Below are positions 11,084 to 20,617 of a stretch of DNA of 64,000 nt, piece after piece. Each line of letters begins with the position of its first letter. The stretch's first letter is position 1. A model generated the notes under the pieces. The model was not told the DNA's origin. It saw only the letters and a list, made by a program, of their open reading frames with translations, and made no database searches. Both the position numbers and the translations under genes were made by a program. This DNA comes from Candidatus Omnitrophota bacterium (GTDB lineage Bacteria; Omnitrophota; Gorgyraeia; Zapsychrales; Zapsychraceae): positions 5,740 through 69,739 of the forward strand of contig JAIORP010000158.1 of assembly GCA_021108075.1 (NCBI GenBank), read 5' to 3'.

Positions 11084-11863
11084 TTAACTTGACAGGCCAT
11101 GTCTTAACTTCGTTTGCTTGTCGTGCAATGGCTTGATATCTTTTTGTGTTTTTTCATAGACTGTTTTAGCGTTAAAATCAGCAAAAATTTTTTTTATTTC
11201 CCGCATATCCTTTTTAGAAATTGGCTGCACATTAGAGGGGCGTAAAGGTGTATTTAACTGGACTTCATCCGGGTTCAAATCACGAACGACCCGGGCGATC
11301 CGGGGAGCAAAAGACTTATTCGCTTCGACAAACATAATTTGAATAGCCAATATGCCCTTGAAAAAACAACGAAATTTTTTTATCCCGTCGACAATGTGGG
11401 AAAAATGAACATCCGGGGAAGGTTGGTTGATGCGCTGCAACGATTCTTGATTCCAGGCGTCCAGTTTTAAAAGGACACAATCGGCAAGCAATAAATCCTT
11501 CTGCACATCCACCCTGTCTATTAAGGTTGAGTTCGAAATCACAGCCACCTTGCCTTTTGTTATCGTTTTAACACCCTGGATCAATTCCCCCAGGTTTAAG
11601 GCTAAGGTCGGCTCTCCCCGGCCAGAAAACGTATAATAATCGACATGTTCCACAGGGAAAAATTTCAACTCATTAAGGATATCATTTGTTGCAACCCACT
11701 GCATACGTTCGGATTGCAAACAATCTGTCCGGGCCAGCTGACAATATTCACAATCAAACGAACAAATTTTCTGTGACTGTGATAAAGGATCGATCCCCAC
11801 AGAAACACCTAAACGCCATGAATAAATCGGGCCAAATATATATTGATATTCATTTTCTGGCAT
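11084..11863 (-). CDS. radical SAM domain protein (function unknown)
   Basis: CSFDCEYCQL CxxxCxxC motif near the N-terminus after IFGPIYSWRLGVSVGID. About 259 aa, no SPASM extension. Confidence 0.7.
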   Translation of the reverse strand: MPENEYQYIFGPIYSWRLGVSVGIDPLSQSQKICSFDCEYCQLARTDCLQSERMQWVATNDILNELKFFPVEHVDYYTFSGRGEPTLALNLGELIQGVKTITKGKVAVISNSTLIDRVDVQKDLLLADCVLLKLDAWNQESLQRINQPSPDVHFSHIVDGIKKFRCFFKGILAIQIMFVEANKSFAPRIARVVRDLNPDEVQLNTPLRPSNVQPISKKDMREIKKIFADFNAKTVYEKTQKDIKPLHDKQTKLRHGLSS

Positions 11864-12004
11864 AAATATATTATTTATTCATATTAATAGTTATATTAAT
11901 AGAATTATTTCATTAAATAAAAATAAACCTCAGAGGTGTCAACAGCGCGCAAAATTTAACAAGAAATCATCCTGATAAAACGTTGTCCGGAAACAATCCA
12001 AGCG

Positions 12005-12766
12005 TTAAAATTTGACCATTTCCGCATAGGCAGGGATGACCATTTCAGGTGACTGCCCCCGCATCGTATAATCGAGGGCCTCAGTGAGAATTGAAACAAC
12101 AATGCGAAACGATTGATTGACATCTCTCCAACGGCTTAATATGGATATCTTATCAATTTTGGATCCCAGTTGCATATCGACAAAAGTGGCTAATATCTCT
12201 TCGGATTGTGCGTCGATAAACTCAGCATCAATGCCCATTTCATTGAAGGCCAGACTGTTTTTTAAACGCGCAAACGGTGCAACACGCGGGTCGAAATCAC
12301 TGGGAGCGATATTCAATAAGGCCACGCGAATTTTCAAAACACCTTCCCCCGGTTGATTAACGACAATATACTGATGGGCCAATGAATCAGCAAGCATATT
12401 ATAGAACTTAATCCTTATGCGGTTCAAGTCACTTCGATCAATACTCGCTTCCTTATATTGCGGGTGAAAATAAATTTCAACAGGTTCAATCAAAATCTTA
12501 TCATAATCATTAAAGGAGAAATCAGTGGTCCCGAAGGAAATCATCGTTTCAGAAACATATTGATAGCTTGGTTGCAATGCAGCCTCTACTGACGCTGATT
12601 TCTCCATTGATTGACAACCCCCGGCCAATGAAGAAACGAGAAAACCCAAAACAACAAGTATATGGCGGTTACTGCTTTTCATAACATCCTTTCTTTTGTC
12701 GACTAAAAAAAATATTTGCTTAAAATTTATATCGCAATTTGACGGGACTGTCAAATTTCTGTTCAA
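12005..12766 (-). CDS. putative lipoprotein
   Basis: Probable real start at MKSSNRHILVVLGFLVSSLAGGC (about 12682), which gives a signal peptide and LAGGC lipobox. The rest is a soluble domain of unknown function. Confidence 0.5.
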   Translation of the reverse strand: MNRNLTVPSNCDINFKQIFFLVDKRKDVMKSSNRHILVVLGFLVSSLAGGCQSMEKSASVEAALQPSYQYVSETMISFGTTDFSFNDYDKILIEPVEIYFHPQYKEASIDRSDLNRIRIKFYNMLADSLAHQYIVVNQPGEGVLKIRVALLNIAPSDFDPRVAPFARLKNSLAFNEMGIDAEFIDAQSEEILATFVDMQLGSKIDKISILSRWRDVNQSFRIVVSILTEALDYTMRGQSPEMVIPAYAEMVKF

Positions 12767-12853
12767 GCCTGATGCTCATCGTTTTAAAAACAATTTTCAT
12801 GAATGAAAAATCATTAGAGATATCAACGACAAAAAATTATAATAAGAAATGAT

Positions 12854-12935
12854 CATACCAATTCCATTAAATAATGACCAAAACCAATTCTTCTTTTCAG
12901 AATTAAGATAGAACAATTCATTAATGGATTTGGTA
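12854..12935. repeat. 82-bp MITE/REP-like palindromic element, copy 1 (orientation A)
   Basis: ataccaattccattaaataatgaccaaaaccaattc...cagaattaagatagaacaattcattaatggatttggtat. About 20-bp TIRs plus an internal hairpin (aattctg..cagaatt). Confidence 0.9.
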
Positions 12936-13021
12936 TCATCTAGCGTTTCAGAAGAACTCCGCATAAAAAAAATATTTTATGCCCTTGCTGTCTATCCTGT
13001 TTTATCATATTATATAAGAAA

Positions 13022-13813
13022 TTGAATCCTTTTTTCCTCTATCTCTCGAGCACACTTATCTGGTCAAATAAGCCAGATCAGTGTGAAAGGCGGACATTTT
13101 TGAGCGTACATTCCTTAAAAAAAGACTTACGAAAATATGCTGACCCCAAAAAAGCAAAAATACTGCAGCGTTTTTTTAAGACTGGCCAAGGAGAATACGG
13201 CGAAGGGGATGTCTTCCTCGGGGTAAAGGTCCCGGATACCCGTCGTGTCGCCAAAAACCATAAGGGAGAACCTCTTGAGGTCATCGACAAACTCATCCAA
13301 TCCGAGATTCATGAAGAACGGTTATTAGCTCTCCTGCTGTTAATAGAAAAATTCAACACGGCAAACCCGATTGAGCGGCAAAAATTCTTTAAATTCTACA
13401 TCACATGTTTCCCCCACATCAACAACTGGGATCTCGTGGACCTCAGTGCTCCCAAAATCGTCGGTCAATACCTGTTCGGCCAGGCTAAAAAAAAACAGCA
13501 ATACCTTATTCAACTCGCACACTCACAAAATTTATGGGAAAAACGCATCGCCATTATTTCCACCGCTTTTTTCATCCAGCAAAACAAATTTGGTTTGACT
13601 CTGGCGATCAGCAAAATTCTTCTGAACGATCAGCATGATCTCATCCACAAAGCCGTGGGCTGGATGTTGCGTGAGGTGGGCAAACGTGATATCCGCGAAG
13701 AAGAAGAATTTCTAAAAAAGCATTATCAAAAAATGCCGCGGACCATGTTGCGCTATGCCATTGAAAAATTCGAAGAGAAAAAAAGACAGGACTATTTAAA
13801 AAACCGGATATAA
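13022..13813 (+). CDS. DNA alkylation repair protein (AlkD/AlkC-like HEAT-repeat DNA glycosylase family)
   Basis: KKAKILQRFFKTGQGEYGEGDVFLGVKVPDTRRVAK is the signature of the DNA_alkylation family (pfam08713). The ORF starts at TTG, and an alternative TTG lies near 13103. Confidence 0.8.
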   Translation: MNPFFLYLSSTLIWSNKPDQCERRTFLSVHSLKKDLRKYADPKKAKILQRFFKTGQGEYGEGDVFLGVKVPDTRRVAKNHKGEPLEVIDKLIQSEIHEERLLALLLLIEKFNTANPIERQKFFKFYITCFPHINNWDLVDLSAPKIVGQYLFGQAKKKQQYLIQLAHSQNLWEKRIAIISTAFFIQQNKFGLTLAISKILLNDQHDLIHKAVGWMLREVGKRDIREEEEFLKKHYQKMPRTMLRYAIEKFEEKKRQDYLKNRI

Positions 13814-13847
13814 AAAAAGGCGCCAACCGTTATCCATCCGCTTTGTC

Positions 13848-13929
13848 ATACCAAATCCATTAATAAATTGTTCTATCTTAATTCTGAAAAGCAGAATTGA
13901 TTTTGGTCATTGTTTAATGGAATTGGTAT
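13848..13929. repeat. 82-bp MITE/REP-like element, copy 2 (orientation B, inverted relative to copy 1)
   Basis: ataccaaatccattaataaattgttctatcttaattctgaaaagcagaattgattttggtcattgtttaatggaattggtat. Confidence 0.9.
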
Positions 13930-14864
13930 CAATATAACTCATATCTGAACAATGTTCTTGTGTCCGGCTGAACGTTCGATTCCTGACTCAGCTCCCGGCT
14001 TTTTTGGCGAATCAACCGCCCCTGACCGACATGTCCGAGCGCTTCGAGACATTGGCCCCAATGCTCATAAACATCAGGGTTATCGATATCAAACTGCAAG
14101 CTGTTCCTCAAATACATAATAGCGTCCTCATATTCTTTCATATTGAACGACGCTTTTCCGAGAAACAAAAAATAGAAGCCTTTTGACGGGTTATTTTTTT
14201 GTAAGGCGTCATTAGCCACATCCATCACACTTTGATATTGCTTCAATTGATAATAGGAAAGAATGACCATCTTATAGGCGGAATCATACGCTTGCTGCAA
14301 TTGATTCACGAAATACATATCAGACTCACGATGGAATTCACGATACAACCGGATATACAAACGCTCGGAGGTAAAAACATAATCTAAGGTCTGTTCCGGA
14401 GAACGGTTATAGGCCTTACGCAGATGGGCGATCGCTAACGGGTAATCTCCTCGATGATACCGGTCCACACCTAAATTATAATGATACCAAAAAAAGTCCG
14501 GCTGCAAGGCCAGGGCCTGAGAATAAGCATCCCGGGCCGCGGAATGCTCTCCCAGCAAGTAGCTGCAATACCCGTACAATCCCATCGCATCCGCCCTTTC
14601 AGGGAACAGGTTGAAAACTTCTTTATAGTACTGCCGGAATTCCTCCAGGCGCGTGACATCCAACGCGACTTGCCCTTTCGACAGGGCCTGCAGATATTCA
14701 TTCGATTCCGGACGCAAGCGGTTAAGGGCTAGAATTTTTGCCTGGTAGACCAGGTCGGGTATATTGATGAAACCGCTTAACAATAGAAACACGAGCAGAC
14801 AAAAAAACCCGAACCGGGTTAATACATACATGATCAGACTATTTTTTCTTTGTTTTACTATCAT
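13929..14864 (-). CDS. membrane-anchored TPR-repeat protein (module 3 partner of the YfhO-like GT-C)
   Basis: N-terminal TM helix followed by TPR repeats. Paralogous to 31019-31966 and 34234-35193 (shared LQPDFFWYHYNLGV and similar motifs). Confidence 0.8.
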   Translation of the reverse strand: MIVKQRKNSLIMYVLTRFGFFCLLVFLLLSGFINIPDLVYQAKILALNRLRPESNEYLQALSKGQVALDVTRLEEFRQYYKEVFNLFPERADAMGLYGYCSYLLGEHSAARDAYSQALALQPDFFWYHYNLGVDRYHRGDYPLAIAHLRKAYNRSPEQTLDYVFTSERLYIRLYREFHRESDMYFVNQLQQAYDSAYKMVILSYYQLKQYQSVMDVANDALQKNNPSKGFYFLFLGKASFNMKEYEDAIMYLRNSLQFDIDNPDVYEHWGQCLEALGHVGQGRLIRQKSRELSQESNVQPDTRTLFRYELY

Positions 14865-14865
14865 G

Positions 14866-17049
14866 TCATAATTTTTCAGGGTTTCTCAAACATTTCACAT
14901 CCGCACAATGCATAGCGATGACCCCGATAAACGTCACAAAAAACAAACCATACAAGGCTACCGGGAAAAAATACTCCCGGAAGGATAAAAAGCGTAAAGT
15001 GATGACATGCTTTCCGGGTGGGATCATAAGACCTTTAAAAGCCATCTGACTTTGAAAAATCGAAATCTGTTTGCCGTCTAAATAGGCCTGCCATTTCTTA
15101 TGAAAGGCATCTGTGTAGACAATAAATTTCTGTTGATCAAAATTTGTTTTAAACAAAATCTGGTCGGCACGATACCGCGTAACTTGAAATTCCGGCAGGG
15201 CGTCTTTGATTTTTAGCGGCGTGTCCGCACATGGTAAAAATTTCGCGTTTTCGATAAAATTCTCCAGCTTCAGTTTTTGGTCAGCAAACAGATTGGTGAC
15301 ATAAGCGATATTGCGGTTCTGCAACAGGGAACGCTTTAACAGCCGAAAGGAACTGTTATTAAACGGCAGGCCCTCAACCTGATCATAAATAATAAATTTT
15401 GTTTTTAAATAATCGCGCCAAAGAATTTGGTCAACATGCTTGATAAACGCATCGACCCCTTTCATAGAGCAATACGGAACATAACTGACCTCCGGCACAT
15501 ACGTCAACTGACGGTTACGGTCTCTTTCATATTCAAAGGATGTTTGATAGGCATCGTAACGGTAGCGCAATGGATGTTTGACTGTCCGTTGAATCAAGAA
15601 AGTGTATGTCTCCATGGAAGGATAAAAACTGGCGAAAAGAATAAAACCATAAACCAAAAACGCCCACACCCCCTCACTCCGGCCGGGCGACGGAACGTTC
15701 CGCCAAATAATCATCAGAAACACAAGGCCACTCATCAAAAGGGTAATCACCGACGGCAGAGTAAGCTGCGATGATTGCGTCAAGACACGCAAAATAAATT
15801 GAACCATAAAAATAATCCAGCAGCTGGCTAATAACTGAATAGCGCGGCCTTTGTTCTTTTGGGTTAAGAACTGGCACCAAATTTCTGAAGCCAAGACAAT
15901 TCCAAGAGGAAGCACAAAAAACCATAAATAAAAATGCAGGTTCCGGTATAATTTGTAATAAAAAATATGCTTGTATAAAAACTCGTAAAGGCTCGTCTGA
16001 GGGGAAACGGACAGGAATAAAACAATGGTCCAGGCAACAAAAAAACATAATCTTTTCGTCGTCTTCACAATAAAACCTAACCCCATAATGATGAATCCCA
16101 ATAATGGGACAAAAAAAGCATTGAGGCGCAGCAGACGATAATCCTTAAAAAATGACGAGAACACAATATGTTCCACCATCCCCCATCTGGAGACCCCTTC
16201 CCGCTGAATTTCAAAAATATTGCGTTGTTCATCCGCCATGATCCGGCCGGGTAATGTGAACTCACTTTGTTTGGTTTCCTGATAAAAGAACCAACCGGGT
16301 AAAAAAGAACTGGCCAGGATAAGGGTCAAAAGAAGGACGAACCATTTATGACGACAGGTAAAGGATCCGAATTGAGCAAGCCAACGAAAAAACCGCTTGG
16401 GATAGAATAGAATGCAACACAATGAAAACGTCGCAATAATATTAAAAGAAAAAAAAGGAATATACGTGCTATTGATCAGCATCATTGTAAAAACTAATCC
16501 CAGCAGTTCCTTCTTACTCCATTCTTTCGACAAACCGATCAGGAAAAAAAAGAACCACAGCAGCGGAACACTGACCAGGATCAAATAAGATTCAAACAAC
16601 TTGATGCTCATTGAAGAAAAAATAAAGAGACAAAAAGCGAGGAAAGAGGAATAGGAACAACGCGTTAACCGTTTGACAATCCCATAAAGCCCCCCGGCGC
16701 CAAGAAAAAAGTAAACAACCAGGAAGAAAAAATAAGCCTTGATGTGTGACAATCCCAGCCACCGTAAGAAAACAATGACCAGGAACACCGGATTATAGCC
16801 ATTGAATCGGCGGAGAAAATATTCATTCGGCACACCAAAATTCCAATGCGGGTCCCAGGACGGGTAGGCTCCTGTCATCAAATGATCGACATAATATTTA
16901 ATATGGTCATAGTAAGAAACAGCATCATTCTGCAGAGAAACTTTGTTCAACAAAAAACTGCTCATGAGGCCTAACCATAAACAGATGGCGACAACACAAA
17001 AAAAGAACCCTATCAAACATTTTTTATTTTGTTTTGGGATTGAGAACAT
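14866..17049 (-). CDS. YfhO-family GT-C membrane glycosyltransferase-like protein
   Basis: 727 aa. About 13 TM helices, then a C-terminal periplasmic domain. N-terminal YfhO-like motif (DAVSYYDHIKYY...YPSWDPHWNFGVP) and C-terminal YfhO motif (Y.D.FH.KW.AYLDGK...AFKGL.IP.GKH). Confidence 0.7.
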   Translation of the reverse strand: MFSIPKQNKKCLIGFFFCVVAICLWLGLMSSFLLNKVSLQNDAVSYYDHIKYYVDHLMTGAYPSWDPHWNFGVPNEYFLRRFNGYNPVFLVIVFLRWLGLSHIKAYFFFLVVYFFLGAGGLYGIVKRLTRCSYSSFLAFCLFIFSSMSIKLFESYLILVSVPLLWFFFFLIGLSKEWSKKELLGLVFTMMLINSTYIPFFSFNIIATFSLCCILFYPKRFFRWLAQFGSFTCRHKWFVLLLTLILASSFLPGWFFYQETKQSEFTLPGRIMADEQRNIFEIQREGVSRWGMVEHIVFSSFFKDYRLLRLNAFFVPLLGFIIMGLGFIVKTTKRLCFFVAWTIVLFLSVSPQTSLYEFLYKHIFYYKLYRNLHFYLWFFVLPLGIVLASEIWCQFLTQKNKGRAIQLLASCWIIFMVQFILRVLTQSSQLTLPSVITLLMSGLVFLMIIWRNVPSPGRSEGVWAFLVYGFILFASFYPSMETYTFLIQRTVKHPLRYRYDAYQTSFEYERDRNRQLTYVPEVSYVPYCSMKGVDAFIKHVDQILWRDYLKTKFIIYDQVEGLPFNNSSFRLLKRSLLQNRNIAYVTNLFADQKLKLENFIENAKFLPCADTPLKIKDALPEFQVTRYRADQILFKTNFDQQKFIVYTDAFHKKWQAYLDGKQISIFQSQMAFKGLMIPPGKHVITLRFLSFREYFFPVALYGLFFVTFIGVIAMHCADVKCLRNPEKL

Positions 17050-17068
17050 ATCCGAATTTTTTTATCTG

Positions 17069-17695
17069 TTACTTTGAGGACAAAATACCTTTTTGATATT
17101 CCTGAATGATCTTCCGCTTCATTTTTTCCTGCTCTTGCGCGATCACCTGCAACCGCAATTGCTGCTGAGTCACTTGCATCACGATGATCTTACGTTGATC
17201 CATCAAGGCCAGTTCTAACACCTTTTTAACAATTTTCTGGAAGAGGGGGTCCTGATACAAAGCTTGTAGATCCTGGTCAACTTTAGACTGGATATGTTGT
17301 TGGACAAGATTGGAATCGATGCCTTCTTCCAACTCTAATAAGGCTTTGTTTGTGGTGGATTCAAAAATATCCAAGGCCAATTCCCGGGTTGCCGGCTGGT
17401 TAAAAACCTGCCAGGCCGCTTGCTGTATCGCCTGAAAAGCTAACTGAGGGAATAAATCAATCTTATTATTCTGAATGGTCCGGCGGATCACTTCTCCTGA
17501 CTTTTTGATAACCGTGTTGACCACGACCTGCTGAACATAGCCCTCGATCATCGTCCGTTTGCGTTCTTTTTCCTGGTCCACTTCTGACTGCGCCGGCGAC
17601 GACATATAAACCCCATCATACGCCGCGCGTGATGGAACAGGCAGTACCAGGCATAAAAACAAACTCATCATCATAACAACTTTTTGTCTACTCAA
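17069..17695 (-). CDS. secreted coiled-coil protein, unknown function
   Basis: Signal peptide (MSLFLCLVLPVPSRA), Q/E-rich coiled-coil. Start overlaps the upstream gene by 8 nt, which suggests an operon. Confidence 0.5.
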   Translation of the reverse strand: MSRQKVVMMMSLFLCLVLPVPSRAAYDGVYMSSPAQSEVDQEKERKRTMIEGYVQQVVVNTVIKKSGEVIRRTIQNNKIDLFPQLAFQAIQQAAWQVFNQPATRELALDIFESTTNKALLELEEGIDSNLVQQHIQSKVDQDLQALYQDPLFQKIVKKVLELALMDQRKIIVMQVTQQQLRLQVIAQEQEKMKRKIIQEYQKGILSSK

Positions 17696-18371
17696 GAATC
17701 CGCTCTCCTTTCAATATTTCCGGTAATTTTCGGGCATCAATACGCAAACCGCCATCATGTTCGATCTTGATTGTATATAAGTACCCCGGAACAAACCTGG
17801 TGCCCGGGGCTTCTATCTGCGCGTTCTTAATGCCGACTTGCCCGGCCCTGGAGGCATCTAAGGCGTAAACCCAAAACTCATGCCAAAACTGATGTTCCAA
17901 AGGGTTCTCGATTACTGACATTTTATATCCCGCGGGAATAGTCTGTAAAGGGGTTATCTCAAACTCTTCTGTTTGAGCGCCATCCAGCATAAAGACTTTC
18001 CAAAAAAGAAAAACGCTGCGCCCTTTAAATAGATCCCCGCGCTTAATAAAACGATCATCAAACCGGACAACAAGGGATTGAAACTGAATGATATTGCCGG
18101 AAAAAGTAAAATATTTCGGTTCTAATGGTTGGTTGGAAACGTCGTACTCTAAAAACTTAATCGTTGTTACTGTTTTCTGTCTGTCCTGATGATATTTAAC
18201 ATTTGTGACCAAAACTTCCGCTGTCCGGGAATCCGATTCCAATCGGCTGATGATCGTCTTGTAAAATTCCTCCCGAAAGAGATAACGTTTGTATCCCACA
18301 TATCCCGCCCCACCGATTAATCCGGCGCAAACAAGACCGGCCACAACTTTTACGATTGTTACTCTTTTCAT
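17688..18371 (-). CDS. membrane-anchored periplasmic protein, unknown function
   Basis: N-terminal TM anchor (VVAGLVCAGLIGGAGYVGY). No known motifs. Confidence 0.5.
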   Translation of the reverse strand: MKRVTIVKVVAGLVCAGLIGGAGYVGYKRYLFREEFYKTIISRLESDSRTAEVLVTNVKYHQDRQKTVTTIKFLEYDVSNQPLEPKYFTFSGNIIQFQSLVVRFDDRFIKRGDLFKGRSVFLFWKVFMLDGAQTEEFEITPLQTIPAGYKMSVIENPLEHQFWHEFWVYALDASRAGQVGIKNAQIEAPGTRFVPGYLYTIKIEHDGGLRIDARKLPEILKGERILE

Positions 18372-18373
18372 GG

Positions 18374-18727
18374 CTATGATTCCATTCTGTTTTGAAACTT
18401 GTGGTACAACCGATAGTAATTCTTATCATCCGGTGATCCCGTCCGGTAAATTTTTATCATATACGGACCGCGACGGGCTTTCAGCGCCGGATCAAATTTA
18501 AAAACGGCTAGACCGCCCCTATCATCGCTCAGAATAGATTCAGCAGGCACGACTGTTGAAGAATTGACGCCTGTTACAGGTATCCAGACGGATTGCACAT
18601 CATCCAGCTGATACAGATACGCCTTCAACCCATCGCCTGGCTGCCCAACCTTATAAATACGCGCGGCAAATGTTGTGAAGTCGGATGTCTGCTCCACCGT
18701 CCCTAGAAATCCCCGATACTGATTCAT
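18374..18727 (-). CDS. hypothetical protein
   Basis: 117-aa ORF whose stop lies 2 nt before the start of the next gene. No family recognised. Confidence 0.35.
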   Translation of the reverse strand: MNQYRGFLGTVEQTSDFTTFAARIYKVGQPGDGLKAYLYQLDDVQSVWIPVTGVNSSTVVPAESILSDDRGGLAVFKFDPALKARRGPYMIKIYRTGSPDDKNYYRLYHKFQNRMES

Positions 18728-19233
18728 CCCGTGTACCGTTCCGATATTGTAAATATCATTCCGCAGTGTGAAAATCTGATCGTCGGACCATTCTGAAAAC
18801 GTTGCAAATCAATAATCCACGCCCGGCTGAGTGTCTCTTGTTCATAGGGCTTATGCCCTAGGACCAAATACCGGTATGTTAAAATTTCTTCCTCATGCGC
18901 CCAATACCGGCTTGATGCCAATGTCTTGAATGATGCCACCGCATAATCTTTGAGGCGATTATCGATAATTAATTTATTTAAAAAAGGATCTTTATCAAAT
19001 TGCTGATAGTCGCTATGGGCCGCGATATAAATAGAATCCTTGGTTATCGGAGGAATATACGCATAGCCTTTTTTCACCTTAAAAATTGTCTGCATGGGCA
19101 CAAAGAGCACATGGGCCTTGACCCAATTGTTCAATTGTCCGACTAAATGCAGTTGGTGCGGATGTTGGGGATAGGTGTAAAGCTTTTTAATCCCCAATTC
19201 CTGAATTTTCCCGGATATAAATGTGGTCGCCAT
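18724..19233 (-). CDS. hypothetical protein
   Basis: 169-aa ORF. Its start overlaps the end of the 441-aa upstream gene, so the true start is probably an internal M near 19095. It overlaps the next ORF by 4 nt (ATGA). Confidence 0.35.
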   Translation of the reverse strand: MATTFISGKIQELGIKKLYTYPQHPHQLHLVGQLNNWVKAHVLFVPMQTIFKVKKGYAYIPPITKDSIYIAAHSDYQQFDKDPFLNKLIIDNRLKDYAVASFKTLASSRYWAHEEEILTYRYLVLGHKPYEQETLSRAWIIDLQRFQNGPTIRFSHCGMIFTISERYTG

Positions 19234-20468
19234 GCGCGACGGATAAATGTCTGAGGCAAACGCGGTAAAACTGCTAAAAAGATGACAAGGCCATACACCC
19301 CCCGCCTGGCTGAGGCACGTAAAGAAGACAGGTGGTGCTCCCAGCGGTAAGCCGTATAACCGACGAGCAGAATGATACCGACCAAAGACGTAAAATAATT
19401 GGCGCCATATTGGGCGACCTTTTTAACATTCGCTAAGATGGGTGAAGACAAACACAACAGAACCATTAACATTGCCAGGACATAGACCTTTGGGGTCTGA
19501 TCTGTTTGTGCCGTCCTGAGCGCATCCACAAACAATAACAACAGGCACAGACAAAAGACCGGAAACAGGACCGGCATAATCAAAAAAAAGTATTTGATGA
19601 TCCACAACCAACCGCCATGTGATGTTGCGATATTGCCTGGAATCCATTGCTGCAGATTGGGTTGATTATAATAAAAATGGTTATATCCCACGCTCACTTC
19701 AACGTATTCCCAAAAGCTGATGATATTATGCCAGATATGCGGCAACGTTAACCAGATTAAGACAACCACACCGCCAACAGTTAAGAGACCGCAGTCGAAA
19801 GAGATCGCTTGAACATCCCTTTGGATCTTCCTTTCAACACAGTCATCAGACCGCAAAAAATAATGCCAAACAAGCAGGCCAAAGACATAGGGCACATATA
19901 AAGCCGACACGGAAGAAGAAAACAGAGCCGCGCACAAAGCCGCCCCGGAAAGAATTTTCAAGACCCAGCCAACCCGGGTTTGATGGGCGCATAAAAAACA
20001 TAGCACGCTAATAAGAAAAAACATGAGGCCCAGGGGTTGATGTTTCGCGAACAGGATATACAAATAGGGCCAGAAACTGGTCGTAAATAAAAAATAACAC
20101 AACAGGCCGATCGTGTCATTGAAAATGCGCCGGGTAATTTCAAAGACAAGCACGGATGACACGCCCACTGCGGCCGAACAAACCAGAATAAACGGCCTCA
20201 GGGTGGTCTCATCACACATGATTCGCTGGAGCAGCGAGGCTAAATATATAAAAAACTCTTTGCCGTGCAGCCAACGGACGCGAGGTTGATCAAATGATTC
20301 ATGCATCTCTGAAATAAAAGTGAGGTCCTTTAGTCGTACGGCCGCGTCAAAATAATACGCTTTTGTATCGGTCGGCCAGAACTGAATATCCCAAATAAAC
20401 ATAATAATAGTAATATTTATAAGTAACGTAATGGCGATAACAGCCCATGACAATTGTTTGTTATTCAT
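19143..20468 (-). CDS. polytopic membrane protein, possible ArnT/PMT-like GT-C glycosyltransferase
   Basis: 441 aa, about 11 TM helices. The first loop has the acidic motif WPTDTKAYYFDAA, reminiscent of the GT-C DE/DD motif. First gene of the operon. Confidence 0.5.
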   Translation of the reverse strand: MNNKQLSWAVIAITLLINITIIMFIWDIQFWPTDTKAYYFDAAVRLKDLTFISEMHESFDQPRVRWLHGKEFFIYLASLLQRIMCDETTLRPFILVCSAAVGVSSVLVFEITRRIFNDTIGLLCYFLFTTSFWPYLYILFAKHQPLGLMFFLISVLCFLCAHQTRVGWVLKILSGAALCAALFSSSVSALYVPYVFGLLVWHYFLRSDDCVERKIQRDVQAISFDCGLLTVGGVVVLIWLTLPHIWHNIISFWEYVEVSVGYNHFYYNQPNLQQWIPGNIATSHGGWLWIIKYFFLIMPVLFPVFCLCLLLLFVDALRTAQTDQTPKVYVLAMLMVLLCLSSPILANVKKVAQYGANYFTSLVGIILLVGYTAYRWEHHLSSLRASARRGVYGLVIFLAVLPRLPQTFIRRAWRPHLYPGKFRNWGLKSFTPIPNIRTNCI

Positions 20469-20617
20469 CTCGTCCTTCTCTAAGGTCGCATACGGCTAAT
20501 CATTCCCTTGCATTATACGTGAAAAAAGAATACCGATTGTATTTTTTTTTATTAAATATTCCGACATTCACCTTTTTCAAAATTTTCATTTACGGAATCA
20601 CCAATCATCCGTAAAAT

